NCBI GenBank assembly: GCA_016208765.1
Contig: JACQXK010000001.1
Location: 218 to 64,217 of the forward strand
Direction of reading: 5' to 3'
Length of the DNA stretch: 64,000 nucleotides
Source: Candidatus Omnitrophota bacterium
GTDB taxonomy: Bacteria; Omnitrophota; Gorgyraeia; Gygaellales; Profunditerraquicolaceae
In this document: positions 19,215 to 29,404 of the stretch, in pieces
Layout: each line of letters opens with the position of its first letter
How positions within the stretch are numbered: position 1 is the stretch's first letter
Notes under the pieces: generated by a model
The model's input: only the letters and a program-made list of their open reading frames with translations
Database searches by the model: none
Told to the model about the DNA's origin: nothing
Position numbers and translations under genes: made by a program

Positions 19215-20591
19215 ATGCCCATATATATTCAAAATTCCCTTTCAAGAAGAAAAGAGCCTTTTGAGCCAACAAAACCGCCTCAAGTAAATATGTATACTTG
19301 CGGTGTTACTGTTTATGACGATTGCCACATCGGGCATGCGCGCAGTTTGTATATTTTTGATGTCATCAGGAGGTATCTTGTTTACCGCGGATTTAAGGTT
19401 AATTTTGTGCGCAATATTACCGATATTGATGACAAGATCATTAATCGCGCCAATGAATTAAAAGTCAGCTGGGAAGATTTAGTAGCAAAATATATCCAGC
19501 GTTATTATGAGGATATAGAAGTTTTGGGAATTAGCCGCGCAGATTTTGAACCGCGGGCAACAGAAAATATCCCCGATATGATTAAGTATATTCAGGCGTT
19601 GATTGAAAGAGGTTTTGCCTATGAATCCGGCGGGGATGTGTATTTTAATGTGCGTAAATTTTCCGGTTACGGAAAACTTTCCGGGCAGAGCATTGATGCA
19701 ATGGAGTCCGGGACGCGTATTGAGCCGACAGAGCATAAAAAGGATCCGCTGGATTTTGCCCTCTGGAAGAAATCAAAAGAAAACGAGCCTTTTTGGGAGA
19801 GCCCGTGGGGAAATGGCAGGCCGGGGTGGCATATTGAGTGTTCTGTGATGAGTCAGAAATACTTAAAAGTTGATACTCTTGATATTCATGCCGGAGGCAG
19901 GGATTTGATCTTTCCGCATCACGAAAATGAAATTGCGCAGGCAGAGGCATTAACCGGAAAGCCATTTGCCAAATACTGGATTCATCATGGTTTGTTGACC
20001 ATCAATTCCCAGAAAATGTCCAAATCGCTGGGAAACTTTGTGACGATCACAGATTTTTTATCAAAACATCGTTACGCCGATATTTTAAAACTTTTCTTTT
20101 TATCCGCGCATTATTCGCATCCTATAGATTACAGTGAAGAGAAAATTACGGAAGTTAAGCAGGCATTAGAAAGAATATTGATCTTTCTTGATAAGGCACA
20201 GAATCTTGCAGCTTCTAAGAAGGCCGGGCAATTTCAGGATCTTGAAAATCTCAAGCAGGAATTTATTAAGGCAATGGATGATGATTTTAACCTTCCGCAG
20301 GGCCTTGCTGTAATATTTGAATTGGTTAATGCCGGTAATAAAAAACTTGATGATGCCAATTATGCTTTTTGCGCGAGGGCAATTTTGTTGGAGTTGGCTG
20401 GCATTCTTGGTTTGGAACTGCATAGGGAAGCAATGCATGAAGATGTTGATGATTTGATTAATCAGCGTAATGAGGCAAGAAAAAATAAAAATTTTAAAGA
20501 ATCGGATCGGATCAGAAAAGAGCTGGAATTAAAGGGGATTGTATTAGAGGATACAAAAGACGGTAAAACTACCTGGAGAAAAAAGCTTTAG
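19215..20591 (+). CDS. cysS: cysteine--tRNA ligase
   Basis: MYTCGVTVYDDCHIGHA (HIGH), KMSKS, zinc-binding Cys. Confidence 0.95.
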   Translation: MPIYIQNSLSRRKEPFEPTKPPQVNMYTCGVTVYDDCHIGHARSLYIFDVIRRYLVYRGFKVNFVRNITDIDDKIINRANELKVSWEDLVAKYIQRYYEDIEVLGISRADFEPRATENIPDMIKYIQALIERGFAYESGGDVYFNVRKFSGYGKLSGQSIDAMESGTRIEPTEHKKDPLDFALWKKSKENEPFWESPWGNGRPGWHIECSVMSQKYLKVDTLDIHAGGRDLIFPHHENEIAQAEALTGKPFAKYWIHHGLLTINSQKMSKSLGNFVTITDFLSKHRYADILKLFFLSAHYSHPIDYSEEKITEVKQALERILIFLDKAQNLAASKKAGQFQDLENLKQEFIKAMDDDFNLPQGLAVIFELVNAGNKKLDDANYAFCARAILLELAGILGLELHREAMHEDVDDLINQRNEARKNKNFKESDRIRKELELKGIVLEDTKDGKTTWRKKL

Positions 20592-20638
20592 TTTTTTAAC
20601 GTCCTCGCGAGAAACAGGACAAGACACACGTTAAAAAC
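20592..20638. other. perfect 11-bp inverted repeat (GTTTTTAACGT / ACGTTAAAAAC) with a 25-nt loop between cysS and tmk
   Basis: Read directly. No T-tract follows, so it is not a canonical intrinsic terminator. Confidence 0.25.
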
Positions 20639-20642
20639 GGAC

Positions 20643-21272
20643 TTGGTTAATATGAAAGGTAAATTTATTACATTTGAAGGTTCAGAAGGGTGTGGCAAGA
20701 GTACGCAGTCTAAAATGCTGGCTCAGTTTCTTGAAAGCAAGGGCTATTCTGTAGTATACCTGCGCGAGCCCGGCGGCGTAAAGGTTAGCGAGAAGATTCG
20801 CGATCTTCTGCTTGATGCCAAAAATAAAATCAGCCCTGAAGCAGAAACACTTCTTTATATGGCAGCGCGTTCTGAAGTGGTGAATGAAATTATTAAGCCG
20901 GCATTAACAAATGGCAAAATTATAGTTTGCGACCGTTTTTTAGATTCAACCATTGCCTATCAGGGTTATGGTTTGGGCATAGATTTAAAGGCAATAAAAT
21001 TCATTGGTTTATTTGCTACCTGTGGGATCAAACCGGATTTGACTATTCTACTGGATCTTCCCTTAAAGAAAGGTTTGGCGCACAGGAAATTCTGCGAGGA
21101 TCGCATTGAGCAAAGGCCGATGAGCTATCATAGGCGTGTAAGAGACGGCTATTTGAAATTGGCGGCTCAGGAGCCAAAAAGGATCAAGGTTGTTAAGGTT
21201 GAAAAGGAAGTATCAGTAACACAGGATAAAATCAGAAAACTTGTATTAAAAACTATTTTTAGAGGCTCTTAG
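20643..21272 (+). CDS. tmk: thymidylate kinase
   Basis: P-loop FEGSEGCGKST, DRF motif. Confidence 0.9.
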   Translation: MVNMKGKFITFEGSEGCGKSTQSKMLAQFLESKGYSVVYLREPGGVKVSEKIRDLLLDAKNKISPEAETLLYMAARSEVVNEIIKPALTNGKIIVCDRFLDSTIAYQGYGLGIDLKAIKFIGLFATCGIKPDLTILLDLPLKKGLAHRKFCEDRIEQRPMSYHRRVRDGYLKLAAQEPKRIKVVKVEKEVSVTQDKIRKLVLKTIFRGS

Positions 21273-21276
21273 GCAA

Positions 21277-22236
21277 ATGTCTTTTGAAAAAGTTATCGGA
21301 CAGAAAAAAGCAGTTAGTATCCTTAAGGGTTATTTAGAGAATAATTGTCTTGAGGGAGGGTATTTATTTACAGGCCCCGGAGGAGTCGGTAAGAAGTTAA
21401 CTTCCTTGGAATTGGCAAAGGCATTAAACTGCCAGCAGGATTTTGGAGATGCATGTGATAATTGTATTTCCTGTAGAAAGATCACCAATGCACAACATCC
21501 TGATATTCATGTTATTGCCAAAGAAGATGATGAAATAAAGATTGAAGATATACGGAACTTGCAACGGGAAATCGGTTTTCGGCCGTATGAGGGGAAGAAA
21601 AAGTTATTTATTATTGATAATGCGCATAAACTGACTGCAGAGGCTTCCAATGCGCTTTTAAAAGTTTTGGAAGAGCCGCCTAAGAGCAGTTTAATTGTTT
21701 TAATCAGCGATAAGCCGGCACTTTTATTAAGGACCATTGTTTCGCGCTGCAAAGTCCTTAAATTTTCTGCGCTTTTACGCGAAGAAATAAAAGGTATCCT
21801 GGAAGATGAATACAGCGTTGAGAAGGGCCAGGCGCATTTTCTTGCTTATTTTTGTGAAGGAAGCCTTGGCAGGGCATTAAGATTAAAAGATACAGATATT
21901 TTTTCCCGAAAAAACATTGTTATTGATAAATTTATTCTTTCTGAAAAGCCGAGTATAGAAAGTTTATCTCCGCAAAATAAGGCAGAGATACTCTCTGGTA
22001 TTAATATTGCGGCTACATGGTTCAGGGATATTTATCTGTCAAAGGCAGGTATTAGAGAATCTGAGTTAATCCATTATGACCGCCGTCAGGAGATATCTGG
22101 TTTTGCAGAAGTTCTGCCGTATGCGCGCCTAAACCAGATTATTGATTCTCTTTCAAAGGCGGTATTGTATCTGGATCAGAATATTAATACGCGTTTACTT
22201 CTTTATGAATTAGCAGGAAGTATCAACTTGAGGTGA
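21277..22236 (+). CDS. holB: DNA polymerase III delta-prime subunit
   Basis: AAA+ GPGGVGKK P-loop variant, zinc-like C-x2-C…C-x2-C, SRC motif. Confidence 0.85.
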   Translation: MSFEKVIGQKKAVSILKGYLENNCLEGGYLFTGPGGVGKKLTSLELAKALNCQQDFGDACDNCISCRKITNAQHPDIHVIAKEDDEIKIEDIRNLQREIGFRPYEGKKKLFIIDNAHKLTAEASNALLKVLEEPPKSSLIVLISDKPALLLRTIVSRCKVLKFSALLREEIKGILEDEYSVEKGQAHFLAYFCEGSLGRALRLKDTDIFSRKNIVIDKFILSEKPSIESLSPQNKAEILSGINIAATWFRDIYLSKAGIRESELIHYDRRQEISGFAEVLPYARLNQIIDSLSKAVLYLDQNINTRLLLYELAGSINLR

Positions 22237-22240
22237 ATTT

Positions 22241-23032
22241 ATGAAACCAAAGATATGGGTGAGGTTGCGTGATTCCGGCCAGGCGCATGTTTATGAGCCG
22301 GGGAATTTAGAGGTAAAGGAAGGTGATTGCGTAATTGTTGAGCATGACCGCGGCCTTGATTATGGAGTGATCGTTAAACCTAATGAATGCCCTGCGGCTC
22401 TTGAAGCTGAAGCCAAGGAAGAGATTAAGAAGATAGTCCGCAAGGCCACAGAGAGCGACTTAAAACAAATTGAGGAGAACCGCTCAAAGGCAAGGGAAGC
22501 GTTTAGCACCTGTGGAAAAAAGATCTCCGAGCACAAATTGGAAATGAAACTTGTGAAGGCGGAGTATTCTTTTGACCGCAGTAAAATTGTATTTTATTTT
22601 ACTGCCGAGGGCAGGGTTGATTTCAGGAATCTTGTTAAGGATTTAGCAAAGATTTTTAAGGCACGCATTGAGCTGCGCCAGATTGGCGTGCGTGATGAGG
22701 CTCGTCTTTTTGGCGGTTTTGGGCCATGCGGCAGGGAGTTATGTTGTGCAAAATTCCTAAGGGATTTTGAGCCGGTTACCATAAAAATGGCAAAGGAAGA
22801 GGGCCTGTCTTTAAATCCTCCTAAAATTTCCGGGCTTTGCGGAAGGTTGATGTGCTGCCTTTCTTTTGAATATGAAACTTATAAATTGCTTGCCAAGGGG
22901 CTCCCTCATGAGGGAGAACATGTAAATACTCCCCAAGGTAAAGGCAAGGTTTTAAGTGTTAATGTTTTTAAGCGCAGCGCCCATGTTCAGCTTGATGAAG
23001 GCGGGGTAATTGAAGTACCCTATAAACAATAA
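22241..23032 (+). CDS. ricT: PSP1-domain protein RicT/YaaT-like
   Basis: PSP1 C-terminal conserved region (…FGGFGPCGRELCC…LCGRLMCCL…); position after holB matches Bacillus synteny. Confidence 0.8.
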   Translation: MKPKIWVRLRDSGQAHVYEPGNLEVKEGDCVIVEHDRGLDYGVIVKPNECPAALEAEAKEEIKKIVRKATESDLKQIEENRSKAREAFSTCGKKISEHKLEMKLVKAEYSFDRSKIVFYFTAEGRVDFRNLVKDLAKIFKARIELRQIGVRDEARLFGGFGPCGRELCCAKFLRDFEPVTIKMAKEEGLSLNPPKISGLCGRLMCCLSFEYETYKLLAKGLPHEGEHVNTPQGKGKVLSVNVFKRSAHVQLDEGGVIEVPYKQ

Positions 23033-23034
23033 AA

Positions 23035-24528
23035 ATGGCTGATAAATTTTATATAACAACTCCATTGTATTATGTAAATGCCAGTCCGCACATCGGGCAC
23101 TCTTATACATGCATTGCCGCAGATACCTTGGCAAGGCATATGCGCCTTGTCTTAGGAAAAGAGAATGTCTGGTTTCTTACCGGCACCGACGAGCATGGGC
23201 AGAAGATACAAAAGGCAGCTGATGCCCAAGGATTGAGCCCTATTGTTTTTGCCGATAAAACGGTTGAACAATTTAAAAAACTCTGGGATGTTTTAAATAT
23301 TTCCTACAATGATTTTATACGCACAACCGAAGACAGGCATAAAAGAGTAGTGGCGCGCGTTTTGGATATCCTGCATAAAAAAGGTGACATTTATCAGGAT
23401 ACTTATCAGGGTTGGTATTGCACGCCTTGTGAGACTTTTTGGATTGAATCGCAGTTATTAGACGGCAAGTGCCCTGATTGCAAACGCCCGGTTGAGAAAA
23501 TATCAGAAACAAACTATTTTTTCAGATTATCAAAGTATCAGGATTGGCTGGTTGAACATATTAAGAAAAACCCCGGTTTTATAAAGCCTGCCAGCCGTTA
23601 TGAAGAGGTGTCTCGTTTTCTTGAGCTAAATAAATTAAGCGACCTGTGTATTTCCCGGCCGAAGGAGCGTTTAGGGTGGGGCATACCTTTGCCCTTTAGT
23701 CAGGATCATGTAACTTATGTCTGGTTTGACGCTTTGATAAATTATATCAGCGCGGTAGGTGATTTTAATGACGAAGGTAAGTATGTTTCCCGTTGGTGGC
23801 CGGCCGATATGCAGCTTATTGGAAAAGATATCCTAAGACAGCATGCAGTTTATTGGCCGATAATGCTAAAGGCGCTTGATATTGCGCCTCCTAAGTTGAT
23901 CTTTGCCCATGGTTGGTGGATGTTGGGAGAGAGCAAGATGTCAAAATCTCTGGGAAATGTAGTTTCTCCGATACAAATGGCTGAAAAATACGGGACAGAC
24001 CCATATCGTTATTTTCTTTTACGTGATGTGCCGTTTGGGCTGGATGGTAATTTTTCAGAAGGCTCAATTATCAAAAGATATAACAGCGATTTAGCCAATG
24101 ATCTGGGCAATCTTGTTTTTCGCACTTTAACTATGATTGAGAAGTATTTCTCCGGGAATATTCCGGAGATACAGAATGAATTATTGAGCATTCAGGGCAA
24201 GGCTATTAAAGAGAAACTTTTAAATATAAAACAAGCCGTCAGCAAGAATTTGGATGCTTGCGGATTTTCTCAGGCATTAGAGGAGATCTGGGCCCTGATT
24301 AATATGGCTAATAAATATGTAGAAGACACCAAGCCCTGGAACCTTGCAAAAGAAAATAAAACCGCGGAATTAAAGACATTCATTGCGCTTTTGGTTGAGG
24401 TGATCAGAGAAGTAGGCAAAGATTCAGCTTGTTTCATGCCTAAGACAGCACAAGCCATATTTGAGCAAATTGGAACAGCAACTATTAATAAGGCCGGTCC
24501 CTTATTTCCCCGTATTGATACAAAATGA
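23035..24528 (+). CDS. metG: methionine--tRNA ligase (short form)
   Basis: YYVNASPHIGHSYT (HIGH), KMSKS, zinc knuckle CTPCETF…CPDC. Confidence 0.95.
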   Translation: MADKFYITTPLYYVNASPHIGHSYTCIAADTLARHMRLVLGKENVWFLTGTDEHGQKIQKAADAQGLSPIVFADKTVEQFKKLWDVLNISYNDFIRTTEDRHKRVVARVLDILHKKGDIYQDTYQGWYCTPCETFWIESQLLDGKCPDCKRPVEKISETNYFFRLSKYQDWLVEHIKKNPGFIKPASRYEEVSRFLELNKLSDLCISRPKERLGWGIPLPFSQDHVTYVWFDALINYISAVGDFNDEGKYVSRWWPADMQLIGKDILRQHAVYWPIMLKALDIAPPKLIFAHGWWMLGESKMSKSLGNVVSPIQMAEKYGTDPYRYFLLRDVPFGLDGNFSEGSIIKRYNSDLANDLGNLVFRTLTMIEKYFSGNIPEIQNELLSIQGKAIKEKLLNIKQAVSKNLDACGFSQALEEIWALINMANKYVEDTKPWNLAKENKTAELKTFIALLVEVIREVGKDSACFMPKTAQAIFEQIGTATINKAGPLFPRIDTK

Positions 24529-25289
24529 TGTTTATAGATACGCATTGTCATTTAGATTTCCCGGAATTTGATGCTGACCGCGAAGAGATTATACAAAATG
24601 CCAGGTCTTTGGATGTAGGTTATATTATTAATGTCGGCTCAAGCATAGAAGGTTCAGAACGTTCAGTTGAGCTGGCAAGAAAGTATGATTCGGTTTATGC
24701 TGTTGTTGGTGTGCATCCGCACGAGGCAGATACATTTAACGAGCAAATACTCCAGAGGATAAAACAGCTTGCCGGGAATCAAAAGGTTGTGGCAATTGGA
24801 GAGATCGGGTTAGATTATTTCAGGAATTTTTCTTCCAAAGAAGGCCAGCTTAGGATTTTTACCAGCTTGTTGGGCCTTGCCAAAGAATTAAACCTTCCTT
24901 TAGTTATTCATTCGCGCGATGCGCAAGCTGATACACTAAAAATTATTCAGGAATTTCTTCCTTTAAAGGCAGTGGTGCATTGTTTCTCAGGAGGCGTAGA
25001 ATTCCTTAAGGGATGCCTTGACCTTGGTTTTTATGTTTCTTACACCTGCAATATTACTTATAAAAAAGCTCAAACATTAAGGGATTTGGTTAAGGTTACT
25101 CCGCTTGAGCGGATTTTTTTGGAAACCGACGCGCCCTATTTATCGCCTGAGGGAATGCGCGGCAAAAGAAATCATCCTGCTAATGTGCGTATCGTGGCTG
25201 AGGAAGTTGCCCGGATCAAAGAAACGGATCTTGAAAATGTGGCAAGAATTACTACTGAAAATGCTGCGCAATTCTTTGGGCTAAAATGA
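24525..25289 (+). CDS. tatD: TatD-family metal-dependent deoxyribonuclease/hydrolase
   Basis: IDTHCHLDF start, conserved His/Glu/Asp set of TatD/YabD. Confidence 0.9.
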   Translation: MMFIDTHCHLDFPEFDADREEIIQNARSLDVGYIINVGSSIEGSERSVELARKYDSVYAVVGVHPHEADTFNEQILQRIKQLAGNQKVVAIGEIGLDYFRNFSSKEGQLRIFTSLLGLAKELNLPLVIHSRDAQADTLKIIQEFLPLKAVVHCFSGGVEFLKGCLDLGFYVSYTCNITYKKAQTLRDLVKVTPLERIFLETDAPYLSPEGMRGKRNHPANVRIVAEEVARIKETDLENVARITTENAAQFFGLK

Positions 25290-26407
25290 AATCAAGGATT
25301 TCCATAATAAAGTGCCCGAGTTATGATCAAAGCCTGGTCGGAGAATCTGTGCGCAGGTCAGTTGATCTATTAGGGGGCATAACTGCTTTTATTAAACCAG
25401 GGTCAAAGGTTTTAGTGAAGCCGAATTTGTTAATGGCCAAAGAGCCGGAATTCGGTATTGATACTCACCCTGAAGTTATTCGCGCAGTAATTAAGCTTTT
25501 AAAAGAAATAAAATGTAATATTTTGGTCGGAGACGGCCCGAGTGTCTGGGGAAAACAAATTGAGAATGTTGACGAAGTTTATCGGCGTTCCGGAGTTAAG
25601 AAAATATGTGATGAAGAAAAAGTTGAAATGGTTAAATTTGACAAGCGTAAATGGCATGGGCGTTTCCCTCTGACAAGTTATCTGGATGAGTGTGATCACC
25701 TGGTAAATATTCCTAAATTTAAGACGCATGATTTAACTTTGTTAACCGGAGCAATAAAGAATTTATTTGGTTTGGTTTGCGGGACATATAAGACCGAACT
25801 GCATAAAAATCATTTTGAGATAAAAGATTTTTCTAAGGTGCTTGTGGATATTTACGGCTTGGCCCGGCCTTGTTTAACTATCGTTGACGGGATTGTTGCT
25901 ATGGAGGGTGATGGCCCTGCAACAGGAGGAAAACTGCGCAATCTTAATCTGCTGTTGGCAGGAAGTGATTGTGTGGCAATAGATGCAGTTATGTCTAAAA
26001 TTATTGGCGTTGAAGCAAATGATGTTTTTACGATAAAAGAAGCGGGTGAGAGAAAACTCGGAAATGCAAGTATTGAACAAATTGAAATAATAGGTGAACG
26101 GCTTGAAGATTGTCTGGGTAAGCCGTTTTTGCTGCCTTCAACTTCAATTGCCCGCAGGAAGATCCCCCTGCCGGTGGTTAATCTTATTCGCAGGTTAGTC
26201 AAGTATTATCCGTTTGTTTATGAGAAGAATTGTATTCGTTGCCAGGCTTGTATTGATGCTTGCCCTAAAAGTGTAATTAGCATGCAAACATCTTCTATGC
26301 ATTTTGATTATAAGAAATGTATAGCCTGTTTTTGTTGCCAGGAGGCATGCCCTGCTTCTGCAATTAAGGTTAAGAAAAGCCTGGTGGCAAGGCTTATCGG
26401 GCTATAA
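25286..26407 (+). CDS. DUF362-domain protein with C-terminal 2x[4Fe-4S] ferredoxin domain
   Basis: N-terminal DUF362-like region (…VLVKPNLL…); C-terminal CIRCQACIDACP and CIACFCCQEACP cluster motifs. Confidence 0.7.
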   Translation: MKSRISIIKCPSYDQSLVGESVRRSVDLLGGITAFIKPGSKVLVKPNLLMAKEPEFGIDTHPEVIRAVIKLLKEIKCNILVGDGPSVWGKQIENVDEVYRRSGVKKICDEEKVEMVKFDKRKWHGRFPLTSYLDECDHLVNIPKFKTHDLTLLTGAIKNLFGLVCGTYKTELHKNHFEIKDFSKVLVDIYGLARPCLTIVDGIVAMEGDGPATGGKLRNLNLLLAGSDCVAIDAVMSKIIGVEANDVFTIKEAGERKLGNASIEQIEIIGERLEDCLGKPFLLPSTSIARRKIPLPVVNLIRRLVKYYPFVYEKNCIRCQACIDACPKSVISMQTSSMHFDYKKCIACFCCQEACPASAIKVKKSLVARLIGL

Positions 26408-26408
26408 A

Positions 26409-27017
26409 ATGAGCAAGAACTCTGAATTTAGCAAGTTGAGGATTGATTTGGATAATGCCATTACTTATGGAACAAAAATAGAGGCAAAAAGGATTGCAAG
26501 AAAAGGCTTAAAAGAGGCAAAGGATTGCCGGCTGCAAGGAGAAGTTGAATATTTTTTAGGCCAGATTGATTTATTGAATAATAAATTTACCAGCGCCATA
26601 GAACATTTTGATGCGGCAATAAAATATAATCCTAAGGACGGGGCATCCTATAATGACCGAGCTTTATGCATGATAGAACTGGGGATTATGGATGAAGCAA
26701 TACCATATTTTGATAAAGGGATTGAGGTAGAGCCTGATTATGCTACTATTTATCATAACAAGGGTTGGCTTTTGAATAATCTCGGCGAATATACAAAGGC
26801 GATAAAATATTTTCAGAAAGCGCTCCAGCTTGAGCCCGAAAGGGCGGTAACTTATGATAATCTCGCCGATGCAAGGTATAATTTAAATGATTTCTCCGGA
26901 GCCCTTGAGGCTTACCGGAAAGTTTTGAGTCTGCTTAAGCCCGGGCAGTGCCGACAGATCAAGTCGCAGATAAGAAAGAAAATAAAAGAACTGGAAAATA
27001 GAGAGGCTAAGAGATGA
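26409..27017 (+). CDS. TPR-repeat protein
   Basis: Four to five 34-aa TPR-like repeats (…AIEHFDAAIKYNPKD…, …AIKYFQKALQLEPER…). Confidence 0.6.
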   Translation: MSKNSEFSKLRIDLDNAITYGTKIEAKRIARKGLKEAKDCRLQGEVEYFLGQIDLLNNKFTSAIEHFDAAIKYNPKDGASYNDRALCMIELGIMDEAIPYFDKGIEVEPDYATIYHNKGWLLNNLGEYTKAIKYFQKALQLEPERAVTYDNLADARYNLNDFSGALEAYRKVLSLLKPGQCRQIKSQIRKKIKELENREAKR

Positions 27018-28054
27018 GTATCCGTACCATAGAATGGAAGAACAATTGCATAAGAATGATTGACCAGACAAAACTGCCGCAAAAACTGGAATATTTAAAT
27101 ATCAAGGATTTAAAGGCTCTTTGGCAGGCAATCAAACTTTTAAAGGTGCGCGGCGCTCCTGCTTTAGGAGGAGCTGCCGGGCTGGGAGTTTATTTGGGAA
27201 TAAAAGGTTCGCGCGCCACGGGATTTTTGCAGTTTGATAATGAATTAAGAAAAGTTTGTGATTACCTGGCATCAAGCCGCCCAACAGCAAGGAATCTTTT
27301 CTGGGGGCTGGAACGAATGACGCAGGTTTCTCGGGCTAATAAGAATAAAAGCGTTTCTGAAATTAAGAAAATTCTTTTTCAGGAAGCTATGAGGATTATT
27401 GAAGAAGACAGGGTTTCTTGCCGCAAGATAGGAGCTTTTGGCGCAAAGTTATTTTCTGATAATGATTCTGTTTTAACAATTTGTAATACAGGCATACTTG
27501 CTACTATTGATTATGGCACTGCTTTAGGGGTAATTTATCGCGCGCACGAAGAGGGGAAACGCCTTAAAATTTATGCCTGTGAGACGCGGCCGCTTTTACA
27601 GGGCGCTCGCTTAACTACCTGGGAATTAAAAAGAAAAGGCATGGATGTTACCTTGATTTGTGACAACATGGCAGCAGCCTTAATGCAGCAGGGTAAAATT
27701 AAAAAAGTTATTGCCGGAGCAGACAGGATTGCTGCAAACGGAGATACTGCAAATAAAATAGGGACTTCAGGCCTTGCGATCCTGGCAAAGTACCATAAAA
27801 TTCCTTTTTATATCGCAGCTCCGGTTTCTACATTTGATTTAAAGATTAAAAACGGCAAAGAAATCACTATAGAACAAAGGTGTTCGTCTGAGGTAACGGA
27901 TTTATTTTTTAAAAAACCAATTGCGCCAAAAGGAGTCAAAGTATTTAATCCGGCTTTTGACGTTACTCCGAATGCTTTGATCAGTGCTATTATTACAGAC
28001 AAGGGCGTAATCCGGCAGCCATATTTAAAGAATATATGCTCATATCTAAAATAG
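27014..28054 (+). CDS. mtnA: S-methyl-5-thioribose-1-phosphate isomerase (eIF-2B alpha/beta/delta family)
   Basis: VRGAPALGGAAG, CNTGILAT…GTALGVIYRA, CETRPLLQGARLT, GADRIAANGDTANKIGT motifs. Confidence 0.8.
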   Translation: MSIRTIEWKNNCIRMIDQTKLPQKLEYLNIKDLKALWQAIKLLKVRGAPALGGAAGLGVYLGIKGSRATGFLQFDNELRKVCDYLASSRPTARNLFWGLERMTQVSRANKNKSVSEIKKILFQEAMRIIEEDRVSCRKIGAFGAKLFSDNDSVLTICNTGILATIDYGTALGVIYRAHEEGKRLKIYACETRPLLQGARLTTWELKRKGMDVTLICDNMAAALMQQGKIKKVIAGADRIAANGDTANKIGTSGLAILAKYHKIPFYIAAPVSTFDLKIKNGKEITIEQRCSSEVTDLFFKKPIAPKGVKVFNPAFDVTPNALISAIITDKGVIRQPYLKNICSYLK

Positions 28055-28932
28055 GTGAATTTGGGTTAATTGAAAGGTTCCGTCGTAAGATCAAAACAGA
28101 TCCTTCGGTTGTTGTCGGTTCAGGCGATGATTGTGCTGTTCTAAAATTTGATAAAAGGCGTTATCAGCTTTTTACCTGTGATATGCTGGTGGAGGGCATT
28201 GATTTTACAAAGAACACAGACCCTTATTTAATCGGCAGAAAGTCGGTTGCGGTTTCAATCAGCGATATTGCTTCCTGCTGCGGAGAACCGACGCATTGCC
28301 TTGTTTCTTTGGGGCTTCCTGAAAATACAAACTTAAAAACAGCTGACGGTCTTTTTGAAGGAATATTTGGGATTTGCAAAAAATATCATATTAATCTTGT
28401 CGGAGGAGATTTGAGCAGCTCGGAAAAGATTGTTATTGATGTGAGCATGCTTGGACTTGTTGATAAGAATAAACTTACTTTAAGAAGCAAAGCCCAAGAC
28501 GGAGATATTATTTTTGTTACCGGTTCACTGGGAGGTTCTATCCGCGGAAGGCATCTTTGTTTTGAGCCCCGGTTAAAAGAAGCGCGCTTTTTAGCGCATA
28601 ATTTTAAAGTTAATGCTATGATTGATATTTCAGACGGGCTTGTGCAGGATTTGGGGCACATACTTGAACAAAGCAAGGTTGGCGGAGTGATTTATGAGAA
28701 TTTACTTCCGATAAGTAAAGATGCAAACGGGATTAATGAAGCGTTTTATATGGGAGAAGATTTTGAATTGCTCTTTACTTTGCCCAAGGACCAGTCGCGC
28801 AGGCTTTTAGATAAAAGAAAGAGCGGTTTTTATCCTATCGGAGAAATTATCAAGAAAAAATCAGGCTTAACCTTAATTGACAAGAAGGCCAATGAAGTAG
28901 AAGTAAAATCAGGGGGCTTTCGCCACTTTTAA
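28036..28932 (+). CDS. thiL: thiamine-monophosphate kinase
   Basis: MLISKIGEFGLIERF N-terminus, AIR-synthase-related fold; overlaps the mtnA 3' end. Confidence 0.8.
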   Translation: MLISKIGEFGLIERFRRKIKTDPSVVVGSGDDCAVLKFDKRRYQLFTCDMLVEGIDFTKNTDPYLIGRKSVAVSISDIASCCGEPTHCLVSLGLPENTNLKTADGLFEGIFGICKKYHINLVGGDLSSSEKIVIDVSMLGLVDKNKLTLRSKAQDGDIIFVTGSLGGSIRGRHLCFEPRLKEARFLAHNFKVNAMIDISDGLVQDLGHILEQSKVGGVIYENLLPISKDANGINEAFYMGEDFELLFTLPKDQSRRLLDKRKSGFYPIGEIIKKKSGLTLIDKKANEVEVKSGGFRHF

Positions 28933-28933
28933 A

Positions 28934-29404
28934 ATGCAGTTTATTTCAAATTCAGCAAGCGAGACAAAAAATATCGGGAGTATCATTGCAAGGAATCTTC
29001 TTCCCGGAGATATAATTTGCCTTATTGGAGAGCTTGGTTCAGGTAAAACTGTGCTCGCCAAAGGCATTGCTTCCGGATTGAGGATGGGACATAAAAAAGT
29101 AATTAGCCCGTCATTTGTTTTGATCCGCGAGCATCGGCAAGGAAGGCTTCCGATGTATCATTTTGATCTTTACCGGCTTAATCAGCTTAATGATATTTTG
29201 TCGCTCGGGTATGAGGATTATTTGTATGCGCAAGGGGTCAGCGTGATTGAGTGGGCACAGCGTTTGGAGTATCTTTTTCCAAGCCAATGTTTAAAAGTTG
29301 AGTTTTTTTTAAAGCCAGGCAAAAAAAGGGTTTTAAAATTCAGCGCCAAAGGCAACCGCTATAAAAAATTATTGGAGAAGATCCATGAAAATATTGGCAA
29401 TTGA
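28934..29404 (+). CDS. tsaE: tRNA t6A biosynthesis ATPase TsaE (YjeE)
   Basis: P-loop GELGSGKT, SPSF motif. Confidence 0.85.
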   Translation: MQFISNSASETKNIGSIIARNLLPGDIICLIGELGSGKTVLAKGIASGLRMGHKKVISPSFVLIREHRQGRLPMYHFDLYRLNQLNDILSLGYEDYLYAQGVSVIEWAQRLEYLFPSQCLKVEFFLKPGKKRVLKFSAKGNRYKKLLEKIHENIGN

